Positions 26,542 to 34,912 of a stretch of DNA of 37,730 nucleotides are shown piece by piece. Source of the stretch: Candidatus Woesearchaeota archaeon (lineage in GTDB: Archaea > Nanobdellota > Nanobdellia > Woesearchaeales > CG1-02-33-12). The stretch is from positions 1-37,730 of the forward strand of contig JAFCEA010000004.1 of the NCBI GenBank assembly GCA_017609385.1, read 5' to 3'. Made by a program: the position numbers and the translations under genes. The notes below the pieces were generated by a model that saw nothing but the letters and a program-made list of their open reading frames with translations, ran no database searches and was not told where the DNA came from. Numbering within the stretch: the first letter of the stretch is position 1; each line of letters begins with the position of its first letter.

Positions 26542-27984
26542 TTACTTAATTGAAAGGCCTACACTGTTTGAGTGTGTAATAACATCCTTTCCCTTTTCAT
26601 CCTCATACTTGATAACTGCTGGTGGAAGCTTAAACTTTCCCAATATGCCAAGCTTTGATTTTATCTTATAGGTTATTATTCTTTCTTCATACTTTTCAAG
26701 AATAGGAATATTCCACTTGATAAGATTACCCTTTTTCTCATGTGATACAATCTTATCTGGCTTAAGTGTTCCTATCTGGAATTCCTTTTGTATATCTGCA
26801 ATATTTGGAACACGGTCTATTATTGTAACATTCTTAATTGGTTTTGGTGTTCTGTTCCTCACATTCATCATAACCTTCATCTCTGTTATTCCCCCCTCTT
26901 TTGTACTCAAAATCATGGCCTGCTTTTTCACTACTATTAGGCTCCTGAATATAAAATACAATATTGTTAAAATTATTGCAGCAGTTATAACCCCTACCAA
27001 CAGTCTAAAGTTTTTAACAACCATTATTTCTGTTTTTGCACCAGGTCTTAGGTCAACATCCAATGCCCTGTATCTTTTTCCATCCTCTTTTAAAACATAT
27101 GTTTTTGGATTTGTTGATGTTACAATGTCCTCAAAGAATCCCATCTCTATCTTGAGAGTTTCCTGCTTTCTTATATTTCCATCATTTGTGTAAGTTATCT
27201 TTTTCTCTGTTTTCAGGAATGATTTTTCTAATTCTGATGACTTTATAATATCTGAGTAAGCTATTATTTCAACAGGTATGTTTTCTATTGTCCTAATGCT
27301 CTCACCATTGACATAAAGATTTAATGTTACTGTATCTTTTTTTGGTGGCTCCATAGGATCAAATGAATATGTTACAATAATTGTTTTTTCTTCTAAAGGT
27401 CCAAGTGATGTTGCTGTTTCCTTGTTTATAACAATACTTGACAGCTTTATTTTCATGTCTGTGATGTTAAGTATGTTTCTATTTCTCAGATCAATCATTA
27501 TCCTGATAGTTTCTCTAGGGTCTATTTTATCAGGGATATCAACCTTAGCTGTTACTGTTGGCGGATAATCTCCTGCAAGCTTACCTGATTTTAAATAAAT
27601 CGGAATATATATTTTTTCTAACAGATTTGTTTTAACTGATTTTACTGTAACCGGGATCCTATAAAGGCTTGGTGGCATCTCAGAAACAGGCATTATCAAA
27701 ACCCTGATTTTCCTTGTTATTCCCTCACTTATAATTACAGAAGAATCCTTTGGTGGTAATATTTGTATACTCCATTTTGGATTAATGCCAAAACTTATTT
27801 TAAAATTGTCATTAAAATTTTGATTATTTTTTATGGAAATATAGACTTCTGCTGGCTCCCTATAAACTACCTTATCCTTAACAGCTTCATAATTTACTGA
27901 AAATTCTGATAATGCAGAAACAAAGGATATAGTTAACAAAGACACAACAACTAACAAGAAAAATGCTTTTTTAGGCCACTTCAT
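26542..27984 (-). CDS. Exported/membrane protein with Ig-like beta-sandwich domains
   Basis: N-terminal signal peptide; beta-rich repeats; TM LLVGVITAAIILTILYFIF; C-terminal V.N....I.D.VP...W....ITYKI domain. Confidence 0.7.
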   Translation of the reverse strand: MKWPKKAFFLLVVVSLLTISFVSALSEFSVNYEAVKDKVVYREPAEVYISIKNNQNFNDNFKISFGINPKWSIQILPPKDSSVIISEGITRKIRVLIMPVSEMPPSLYRIPVTVKSVKTNLLEKIYIPIYLKSGKLAGDYPPTVTAKVDIPDKIDPRETIRIMIDLRNRNILNITDMKIKLSSIVINKETATSLGPLEEKTIIVTYSFDPMEPPKKDTVTLNLYVNGESIRTIENIPVEIIAYSDIIKSSELEKSFLKTEKKITYTNDGNIRKQETLKIEMGFFEDIVTSTNPKTYVLKEDGKRYRALDVDLRPGAKTEIMVVKNFRLLVGVITAAIILTILYFIFRSLIVVKKQAMILSTKEGGITEMKVMMNVRNRTPKPIKNVTIIDRVPNIADIQKEFQIGTLKPDKIVSHEKKGNLIKWNIPILEKYEERIITYKIKSKLGILGKFKLPPAVIKYEDEKGKDVITHSNSVGLSIK

Positions 27985-28051
27985 TCACTACCACCACTTA
28001 TATTAAATTGGGTATTTATATATAAATGTTTCTAAATTATAAAACTAGTAT

Positions 28052-28115
28052 GTGCGAACGAAGTGAGCGTGTCTGACTTTATGCCTGACCTTCGTGCCAG
28101 CTTAGCAAGAAGCTG
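28052..28115 (-). repeat. Modular hairpin repeat, copy 4 (free-standing, starts 3 nt downstream of tRNA-Pro 3' end)
   Basis: CAGCTT-CTTGCT-AAGCTG-GCACGA / GTCAGGC-ATAAA-GTCAGAC / ACGCTCACTTCGTTCGC. Confidence 0.85.
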
Positions 28116-28117
28116 TA

Positions 28118-28294
28118 TGGGGCCGCCGAGACTTCCGAAAATGGTTGCGAGCGAAGCGAGCTCGGTGGGCTTGCTGTTAGGCAATGCCCGCCCTTGCGTA
28201 TCAAATGAGCGTAACCATTTGTTTGAACTCGGGTTACCAGCGTTCCAGGATAACACCCCGGGCTGGAATGATAGCCAAACTACACTACGGCCCC
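28118..28294 (-). tRNA. tRNA-Pro(GGG) with two introns: 13 nt at 37/38 (28243-28255) and 90 nt at 59/60 (28132-28221)
   Basis: Acceptor GGGGCCG/CGGCCCC with A73; CCAGC-CCGGGG|TGTTATCCTGGAA|C-GCTGG; CCGAG-TTCAAA|intron|T-CTCGG. Confidence 0.82.
28147..28221 (-). repeat. Modular hairpin repeat, copy 3 (inside tRNA-Pro T-loop intron)
   Basis: The first 28 nt CAAATGGTTACGCTCATTTGATACGCAA are identical to the Ser(GGA) copy. The middle hairpin differs; the copy ends GCTCGCTTCGCTCGC. Confidence 0.85.
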
Positions 28295-28296
28295 AA

Positions 28297-30771
28297 TTAA
28301 AAAACCTTACTAACATGCTCGCTCTTGGTTACTCTTAATATATTATCAACAAAACTCTCTATCTTGCTTTCATGGCTGACTGTTATTATCTGCTTTATAT
28401 TTAACTGGTCAAGCACATCTTTCATCTTATCAAGCTGGTCTGTTGAAAATCCATCTGTTGGCTCATCCAGAATTATGATATCCTTTGTTTTTATTCCCCC
28501 AATTAAATCATTTATTACCCTATTGAGGGCAAGCCTGTAAGCTAAGGCACATGATGTTCTCTCACCACCGCTAAGATATTCAATGCTTGTTTCATAATCA
28601 TTCTGCTCTATTATTGGCGTAAACTCATCATCAAGTCTTACACCAATGGTCTCTTCCTCCATAAGAATATTAAACCAGTTTTGGAAGAATTCATTAAACT
28701 CTTGGTAAACCCTTAGCATAATCTGCCTTTCCATCATTGACATAAGCTTTATAAAATATTCATCAAGCCAGTTCCTCATTTGTTTTAGATGGTTAATTTT
28801 TTCCTTGATTCTTAATTTTTCATCAATTTCTTTTTCCAATCCTTTAATTGCTTTATTAATGCCTTCTGCTTCCTTTTCAAGCTGTGCTTTTTTTATTGCT
28901 AAAAGTGTTTCATCTGAGATTGCCTTCTCAAGCTCTTGTTTTATTATTTTGTAGTTTTGCTCAATTCCTTCAAATCTCTTTATCTTATCATCTAGCTCTA
29001 TTTTCAAATTGTTTATCTCTCCAACATCTTTTTTTAATAATGCAATGTTCTTTAAAATCTCTTCCCTACTTTTATTTTTTTCATCCATAAGATTTATTAG
29101 GTTCTGCCTTTCATTTAACATAGTGTTGGATTTATGAATTTTTTTAAGTAAATCTTTTGATTCAGAAATCTTATTTTTTATTTTATCTAAATCTTTTGAA
29201 TTTATAAAATCAAGCTCTTTCTTAATCTTCTCCTCATCTAAACTTAACCTATTAAGCAACTTTTGTTTTTCAATAATCTCTTTTCCCAGTTGCCCAAACC
29301 TTTCTATTTCAATCTTTAATCTATCAGTGGTTTTTTCTTTTTGCAGCAGGCTCTCTAGCTCTGCATTTAAATCTTTAAGCTCATCAATAACTTTCTTTTT
29401 TCTTTTATTTTCTTGCTTTAAGGTTTCAACATAATCTTTTATTTTTTTATCTTCAAGATCATTAATGTATTTTTTGTGTTCTGATGATAATTTCTGTGAG
29501 CATATAGGACATTTATCTGATTTTAAGATGTCTTTTTTTATTTTTTCGGATTTTTCTTTATTGACTTCATTTTCTTTAATTATTAAACTTATTTTTTTAA
29601 TCTCCTCTTCTTTTTCAACAATTTCTTTCTTAAGATCTTCTTTTTTGTGGATATCATGCTGAAGCTGGTCAAACATATTTTTCTTTATAATAATCTTTTT
29701 TGACTCTTCTGATTTTGTTAATATTCCTTCTTCTAGTTCTTTTTTTCTTCTTTGCAATGACTTATTTTTTTCAGTCAGTTCAACTTTCCTCTGCATTAAG
29801 TAATTATATTCTTCCTCTTTCTTTATTATTAATTTTTCCACTTCTGATTCATTTTCTTTTATTGGTTTTATCTCAAATTTCTCTATTTTTGTATTGAACT
29901 CTTTTATGCTTTTATCCAGAACTTCTATATTTTCTTTGTAATTTTGTACTAACATAACCTTTTCTTTAAGTCTTGTGTTTGCTATTTCCTCTTTTTTCCT
30001 TAAATCATTTAATTCATTAATCCTTTTTTCCAGTTGGTTTATACTTTCTTTCTTTTCCTTAACAACAGATTCCGCTGCCTTTATCTTTGGTTTTATCTCA
30101 TCTACTTTTGTTATCACATTCCTTAACTCATTTTCTCTTTCCTTTTTCTGTATTTTTTTTTCTTCAAGGTCAGCAATCATCCCATTAAATTCCTTTGTTT
30201 TCTCTCTTATTTCCCTTATTATGATTTGACTGTTTTCCCTGATTCTTTTGTATTTGTCAATCTGAAAAACTCTTCTTAAAGTGTCAAGCCTGTAATCTTT
30301 GTCATCTAACAATATCTGTTTCATCTCTTCCTGTGGCGTATAAACAGTATACCTGTAAATCAATGATTTGGTCTTTGTAACAAGTTCTTTGGGATAACCC
30401 AAAAGGTCAAGAATTTTTGATTTTAATTCAACAGCAGTTCCCTCTGTTTTTTTGTTATTTATTATTATAAACCCAGAGTCCTGTCTTACATCACCTCTTT
30501 TCCTTTTTAATGTTCTTTTTATTATTATATCTTTATTGTCAAGACTAAATTTAAGTTCAACAGAACCCTTGTTTTTGCCGTTTCTTAAAAGAGAATTACC
30601 AGACAAAGACCTCATTATGCCAAAAAGTGCAAATTCTATGGCTAGTAGTATGGTTGATTTTCCGCTACCTATATCACCACTTAAAAGAACAGAGCCACGT
30701 GGAAAATTTATGGTTTGGTTGAGATAGCTTCTTATGTTCTCAAGCTTCACATATTTTATTATCATACACAT
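28297..30771 (-). CDS. rad50: Rad50/SbcC SMC-like ATPase
   Basis: Walker A GDIGSGKS, long coiled coil with central CPIC zinc hook, LSGGE signature, IILDEPT Walker B, VSH. Confidence 0.9.
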   Translation of the reverse strand: MCMIIKYVKLENIRSYLNQTINFPRGSVLLSGDIGSGKSTILLAIEFALFGIMRSLSGNSLLRNGKNKGSVELKFSLDNKDIIIKRTLKRKRGDVRQDSGFIIINNKKTEGTAVELKSKILDLLGYPKELVTKTKSLIYRYTVYTPQEEMKQILLDDKDYRLDTLRRVFQIDKYKRIRENSQIIIREIREKTKEFNGMIADLEEKKIQKKERENELRNVITKVDEIKPKIKAAESVVKEKKESINQLEKRINELNDLRKKEEIANTRLKEKVMLVQNYKENIEVLDKSIKEFNTKIEKFEIKPIKENESEVEKLIIKKEEEYNYLMQRKVELTEKNKSLQRRKKELEEGILTKSEESKKIIIKKNMFDQLQHDIHKKEDLKKEIVEKEEEIKKISLIIKENEVNKEKSEKIKKDILKSDKCPICSQKLSSEHKKYINDLEDKKIKDYVETLKQENKRKKKVIDELKDLNAELESLLQKEKTTDRLKIEIERFGQLGKEIIEKQKLLNRLSLDEEKIKKELDFINSKDLDKIKNKISESKDLLKKIHKSNTMLNERQNLINLMDEKNKSREEILKNIALLKKDVGEINNLKIELDDKIKRFEGIEQNYKIIKQELEKAISDETLLAIKKAQLEKEAEGINKAIKGLEKEIDEKLRIKEKINHLKQMRNWLDEYFIKLMSMMERQIMLRVYQEFNEFFQNWFNILMEEETIGVRLDDEFTPIIEQNDYETSIEYLSGGERTSCALAYRLALNRVINDLIGGIKTKDIIILDEPTDGFSTDQLDKMKDVLDQLNIKQIITVSHESKIESFVDNILRVTKSEHVSKVF

Positions 30772-30921
30772 AAAAAATATTTCCCAAGTTTTTATATTTA
30801 ATTAAACTAAAAACCATATATTATAAAAATCACCACTACTAAATAGAAAAATATTTAAATAGAGGATAGTTCCTTTACCAATAGGAAAATACAGCACTAC
30901 TAACGCAGCTAGGAGAATAAA

Positions 30922-31119
30922 ATGGATACAAGTCAAATAGAAAGAATAGTTGATGGTGAAATTATGTATGTCAATAAACATAAGGAAGGTGCAGATATAA
31001 TAATCAAAACAATGAACTCAAAGTTTAAAGTAATTCACTGTGGGAAAGATAAGTCTCAATTTTATAATAAAATAAAACCTAGGCAACATCTTATTTATAC
31101 AAAATCTTATTTATATTGA
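30922..31119 (+). CDS. Small hypothetical protein, paralog of 33749-33979
   Basis: SD AGGAG; shares M.T..IE.I..GEI...I..K...VIH...F..KI...IY.K..LY with the 33749 ORF. Confidence 0.6.
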   Translation: MDTSQIERIVDGEIMYVNKHKEGADIIIKTMNSKFKVIHCGKDKSQFYNKIKPRQHLIYTKSYLY

Positions 31120-31231
31120 GAGGAGAGAACTATGTGTTGTCAATAGTAAAAATCAACACAAGCTTTATATACTTCAATGTTTATTAGTATAATATTAGTT
31201 ACTAAACTAAAAAAATATGGGGTAAAATAAA

Positions 31232-31486
31232 ATGGCAAGCCAAGTATTAGAAGAAAAGTTAAGTTCTGTTCCAGAAAAGGAACAAAAAGATGGAACATAC
31301 CAGCCACCAGATGAATATATGGGTTGTCCAAAAAAAACATACGCAGGACAACCGAAACTAGAGCATGAGAAAACTATGAATGTAATTAATGAAGCAATGG
31401 TCAATGCAGATACAATTGAACTTACACCAACACGAAGATTAGGGCTTGATGCCTGTGGCTGTACAGGAAACGGTTCTTGTAGATGA
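31232..31486 (+). CDS. Putative RiPP precursor peptide, Cys-rich C-terminal core (ACGCTGNGSCR)
   Basis: 84 aa, charged leader-like N-terminus, C-terminal CxCxxxxxC; directly upstream of a radical SAM/SPASM gene; TATA CTTTATATA upstream. Confidence 0.65.
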   Translation: MASQVLEEKLSSVPEKEQKDGTYQPPDEYMGCPKKTYAGQPKLEHEKTMNVINEAMVNADTIELTPTRRLGLDACGCTGNGSCR

Positions 31487-31488
31487 AA

Positions 31489-31563
31489 CTCTTAATCTTT
31501 TTGTATGAAGTGCTGAATACGCGGAGGCGTGTGTTTTCATTCACTTCAACTTTGTTATCAAGA
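31489..31563 (+). repeat. attC-like imperfect palindrome 1
   Basis: CTTAAT..GT(A)TGAAGTG..TACGC-GGAG-GCGTG..CACTTCAAC-TTT-GTTATCAAG, starting just after the stop codon. Confidence 0.4.
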
Positions 31564-31590
31564 ATATAAGGAAATTATTGAGAGAGAAGT

Positions 31591-32865
31591 ATGTATAAGG
31601 CTAGCCGGTATAATAATTTTTTTTTGGAAAAAGATTCTATTTTTTTGTTTAATTCATTTAGCAGGGCTTCTATTAAAGTCAAAAAAGCTGAGTTAGGAAA
31701 AGTAAAGGCTATATTAAGAAAAAAAGATCCATGTACAGGAAAAAATAAGAAATATCAGGATATATTGATAAAAAATGGTTTTATTTTATCAGGTAATATC
31801 AATGAAATTGAAATTCTTGAATATTTATATAATGCAAATTATTTCCAAACAGATAAAATCACTGTTGCATTAGTACCAACATTACGATGTAATTTTAAAT
31901 GCCCCTATTGTTTTGAGGCAGGACGCGGAAAAGAAAATAATGAAGTTAAAGACTATTTTGATGTTTTAAAGAAGTTTGCTAATAAAAATTTTTGTAATAA
32001 AAAAAGAGTACATATTAGCTTATTTGGTGGAGAACCTCTTTTAAAAAAAGATGAAATTTTTTCTTATCTAGATTACCTATCAATACAAAGTAAAAAATAT
32101 GGTTATGAGTTAAGTACTGATATTGTAACAAATGGATTCTTATTGGATGAAGATACAGTTAGTGCATTATTAAAGTATAATTGTGTTTCAATTCAAGTTA
32201 CCTTAGATGGTCATAAAGAAACTCACAATAAACTTCGTGTATTACATAATAATGGTAAAACCTTTGACACGATTGTCAATAATTTTACAACAGCAATACG
32301 ATATGCTATTAAAATAAAATCAAATATTCAGTTTGTACTACGAATAAATTTATTAAATCAAAGTGTTGATGATGTTAAGTCAATTTTTAATTTGTTTGAT
32401 AAGGACGAGAGAAAAAAAATAAATATATATTTTAGGCCAATCTATTCAACTAGTCATTGCAATGTATCTAGTAGTAATACAATTTTTGATTTAAAAAAAT
32501 TTTATGATGAAGCAAATAAGTATGGATTTAGTATACTTAAAAGTACTTATTATCTACAATATTGTGAATCAGATGGAGGAATTAATTTTTTTTATGTTAC
32601 CCCTGATTTAAAAATATGGAAATGCATAAACGAATCGACAGAAACAGCTGATATTGGCTATATTGATAAAACAGGTACTACACAACTAAATTCAATGCAT
32701 ATAGCAAAGTGGTATCAAAAATCAAATCCTTTCAAGGATGAAAAATGCCGGAAGTGTTATTATTTACCAGTATGTTATGGTGGGTGTCCTCTTCATTATA
32801 TTAAAACAGGAAAACGGAGATGTACAAGTAAAGATATGACTATAACTCCTTATTTTTATTCGTGA
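31591..32865 (+). CDS. Radical SAM/SPASM domain peptide maturase
   Basis: CNFKCPYC, FGGEPLL, VTNG, QVTLDG...HN..R, and SPASM C...KC...CRKCYYLPVCYGGCP...C. N-terminal KASRYN...FNS resembles an RRE-like region. Confidence 0.9.
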   Translation: MYKASRYNNFFLEKDSIFLFNSFSRASIKVKKAELGKVKAILRKKDPCTGKNKKYQDILIKNGFILSGNINEIEILEYLYNANYFQTDKITVALVPTLRCNFKCPYCFEAGRGKENNEVKDYFDVLKKFANKNFCNKKRVHISLFGGEPLLKKDEIFSYLDYLSIQSKKYGYELSTDIVTNGFLLDEDTVSALLKYNCVSIQVTLDGHKETHNKLRVLHNNGKTFDTIVNNFTTAIRYAIKIKSNIQFVLRINLLNQSVDDVKSIFNLFDKDERKKINIYFRPIYSTSHCNVSSSNTIFDLKKFYDEANKYGFSILKSTYYLQYCESDGGINFFYVTPDLKIWKCINESTETADIGYIDKTGTTQLNSMHIAKWYQKSNPFKDEKCRKCYYLPVCYGGCPLHYIKTGKRRCTSKDMTITPYFYS

Positions 32866-32876
32866 GAATCAATAAC

Positions 32877-33025
32877 ACTTAACGTGTATCTGAAGTCCTG
32901 AACAAGCGAGCAATTTGGATGGAGTAGCGAAGATGAAGCACACCCACATATTAAAATGGAGTTCTTTGTTTACATTATTGAAAACTTGTGCTCATGAATT
33001 GAAGCTGTTTAGACTTTGTTATAAG
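32877..33025 (+). repeat. attC-like imperfect palindrome 2
   Basis: ACTTAAC (RYYYAAC) GTGTATCTGAAGT ... TTTAGAC-TTT-GTTATAAG; both ends resemble palindrome 1. Confidence 0.4.
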
Positions 33026-33109
33026 CAGTTGCTAAGTAATTGATTTCTTTTTTTTGTTTAGTCGTCTAAGCGAAGCCAAGCCCCTTGTATTGATGTCAAT
33101 AATAGAACC

Positions 33110-33396
33110 CCTTTTTTCTAGTTGATTTATGTTTTCTTTTTTCCTTAACAACAGACTCTGCTGTATTTATCCTTGGTTTTATCTCATCTATTTTTGTTAT
33201 TACATTCCTTAACTCATCATTTCTTTGCTTTTTCTGCATTTTTTTCTTCAAGGTCAGAAACTATCCAACTAAATTCCTTTGTTTTCTCTTTTATTTCTCT
33301 TATTATAATTTGACTATTTTCCCAAGTTTTTATATTTAATTAAACTAAAAACCATATATCATAAAAATTACTACTCCTAAATAGAAAAATATTTAA
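33110..33396 (-). pseudogene. Decayed duplicate of the rad50 5' region and its upstream intergenic/promoter segment
   Basis: 33110-33323 aligns to 30022-30239 with substitutions and small indels. It is fused at TTTCCC to 33318-33396, which aligns to 30780-30858. Confidence 0.85.
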
Positions 33397-33420
33397 GCAA
33401 GTGATGTTATTTCTTGAAAA

Positions 33421-33735
33421 ATGGGAGAATATAAAGGTATTTTAGATACAGAACTATATCAATTTGCCTGTTGCTCATATAAAAAATATAGGGAATATGC
33501 CAGTAATTTAACTGAGGAAAACAAAGAAAAATGTTGGAAGATATATAATTCCCTTAAAGGGATTAGTCCCGGGCTCTTAGATAGAGAAAATATTGTTCAA
33601 AAAATTGAGGAAATCCAGAAAAATAAAAAATTTAATTTAAATATAAGACAGAAAAAAGGATATTATTCAATAGATGTTCAAATGCAGGATTTGAATATAG
33701 AGATTGCGCATTTTGAGGCTGTTAAGTTTAAATAG
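33421..33735 (+). CDS. Hypothetical protein
   Basis: 104-aa ORF about 25 nt after the duplicated TATA (ATATTTAA); no motif recognised. Confidence 0.6.
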   Translation: MGEYKGILDTELYQFACCSYKKYREYASNLTEENKEKCWKIYNSLKGISPGLLDRENIVQKIEEIQKNKKFNLNIRQKKGYYSIDVQMQDLNIEIAHFEAVKFK

Positions 33736-33748
33736 TGAGGAAGAAAAA

Positions 33749-33979
33749 ATGAAGACAAGAAAAATAGAAGAAATATTAAGCGGGGAAATTATAAATATAA
33801 CAGAGAAAGAAAATTGTATTCATATATTAGTTAAGGTTTCTGAAGGTGAGTCACTAGTGATTCATTACAATGGCTATAACCCATTGTTTAACAAAAAAAT
33901 AATTGGTAAGGACATTATCTACGCAAAAGATAATAAATTGTATGTTGGAGACCATAACAAATACGTTGAAATAAATTAA
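33749..33979 (+). CDS. Small hypothetical protein (start ATG 33749, SD GTGAGG), paralog of 30922-31119
   Basis: MKTRKIEEILSGEI...VIH...F.KKI...IYAK..LY. Confidence 0.6.
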   Translation: MKTRKIEEILSGEIINITEKENCIHILVKVSEGESLVIHYNGYNPLFNKKIIGKDIIYAKDNKLYVGDHNKYVEIN

Positions 33980-34037
33980 CTTAAAAAATATTTTTTCTAA
34001 ACACAAATTTTTTAAATAATCTGCTTTTATATTTCTA

Positions 34038-34883
34038 TTGATGATAGTTGAAACGCTTCTGGAAACACTAAAAATCCTTGTTATAGTCTTTGTATTAATG
34101 GTTATTGTTGAATTTTTTGAGTTAAAATATGGGAATAAGATTAGGAAGAATATCACAAAAAAGCCATTAACCCAATATGGTTTATCATCTTTGCTGGGAG
34201 TTACACCTGGTTGTTTTGGTGCATTCTTTATTGTTTCATCTTATGCGCATGGCATTGTTGGCTTTGGTGCTTTGACTGCAGTTATGATTGCAACAGCAGG
34301 AGATGAGGCCTTTATTATGCTTGCAAAAATACCTGGAACTGCATTATTGATATTTTTCCTCTGCCTTATTCTTGGAGTTATTGCCGGCTTTTTAGCTGAC
34401 AAGCTTATTAAAAAAACAAAATTAAAAATATCCAGACCATGCGAGATTAAGATTCATAAAAAGCAGGATCTGCAGGGAAAATCATTTTTTACTCATTTTT
34501 TAAAAAAGCATGTTTATGGCCACATAATCAAAGAGCACATACCAAGATTATTTCTGTGGCTTTTCTTTACAATGTTAATAATAAACTCCTTAATGCTGAG
34601 ATTTGATATTGGATCAATACTGCCGCAAAATAAATTAGCATTAATATTTATAGCTGCCTTGGTTGGAATAATTCCTGTTTCAGGCCCGCATATTGTTTTT
34701 GTTTTATTATTTGCCCAGGGCATAATCCCATTTTCAGTATTGCTAGTAAGCTCAATAGTCCAGGACGGCCACGGCCTCCTGCCCTTGTTATCTTATTCTG
34801 TAAAAGATACATTTTATGTGAAGATATTTAATGTCTTGTTTGGCTTAGGAATAGGCTTAATACTTCTTGCTATTGGAATTTAA
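34038..34883 (+). CDS. Putative Mn/metal(loid) permease (ArsP_2/DUF2899-like)
   Basis: LGVTPGCFGA, IATAGDEAF, GIIPVSGPH, SIVQDGHGLLPLL; multiple TM segments. Confidence 0.8.
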   Translation: MMIVETLLETLKILVIVFVLMVIVEFFELKYGNKIRKNITKKPLTQYGLSSLLGVTPGCFGAFFIVSSYAHGIVGFGALTAVMIATAGDEAFIMLAKIPGTALLIFFLCLILGVIAGFLADKLIKKTKLKISRPCEIKIHKKQDLQGKSFFTHFLKKHVYGHIIKEHIPRLFLWLFFTMLIINSLMLRFDIGSILPQNKLALIFIAALVGIIPVSGPHIVFVLLFAQGIIPFSVLLVSSIVQDGHGLLPLLSYSVKDTFYVKIFNVLFGLGIGLILLAIGI

Positions 34884-34912
34884 CTGAAAAATAAAAGAAA
34901 TTGCTGATTTAC

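Noticed and set aside
28032-28338. ORFs 28032-28316(-) and 28063-28338(+)
   Set aside because: They overlie tRNA-Pro and the repeat copies; their similarity to the 5456 ORF only reflects the shared DNA repeat.
28297-30771. Rad50 as part of a defence system or condensin
   Set aside because: The zinc hook and standard motifs indicate ordinary Rad50. No partner defence genes are adjacent, and the absence of mre11 next door is not informative on its own.
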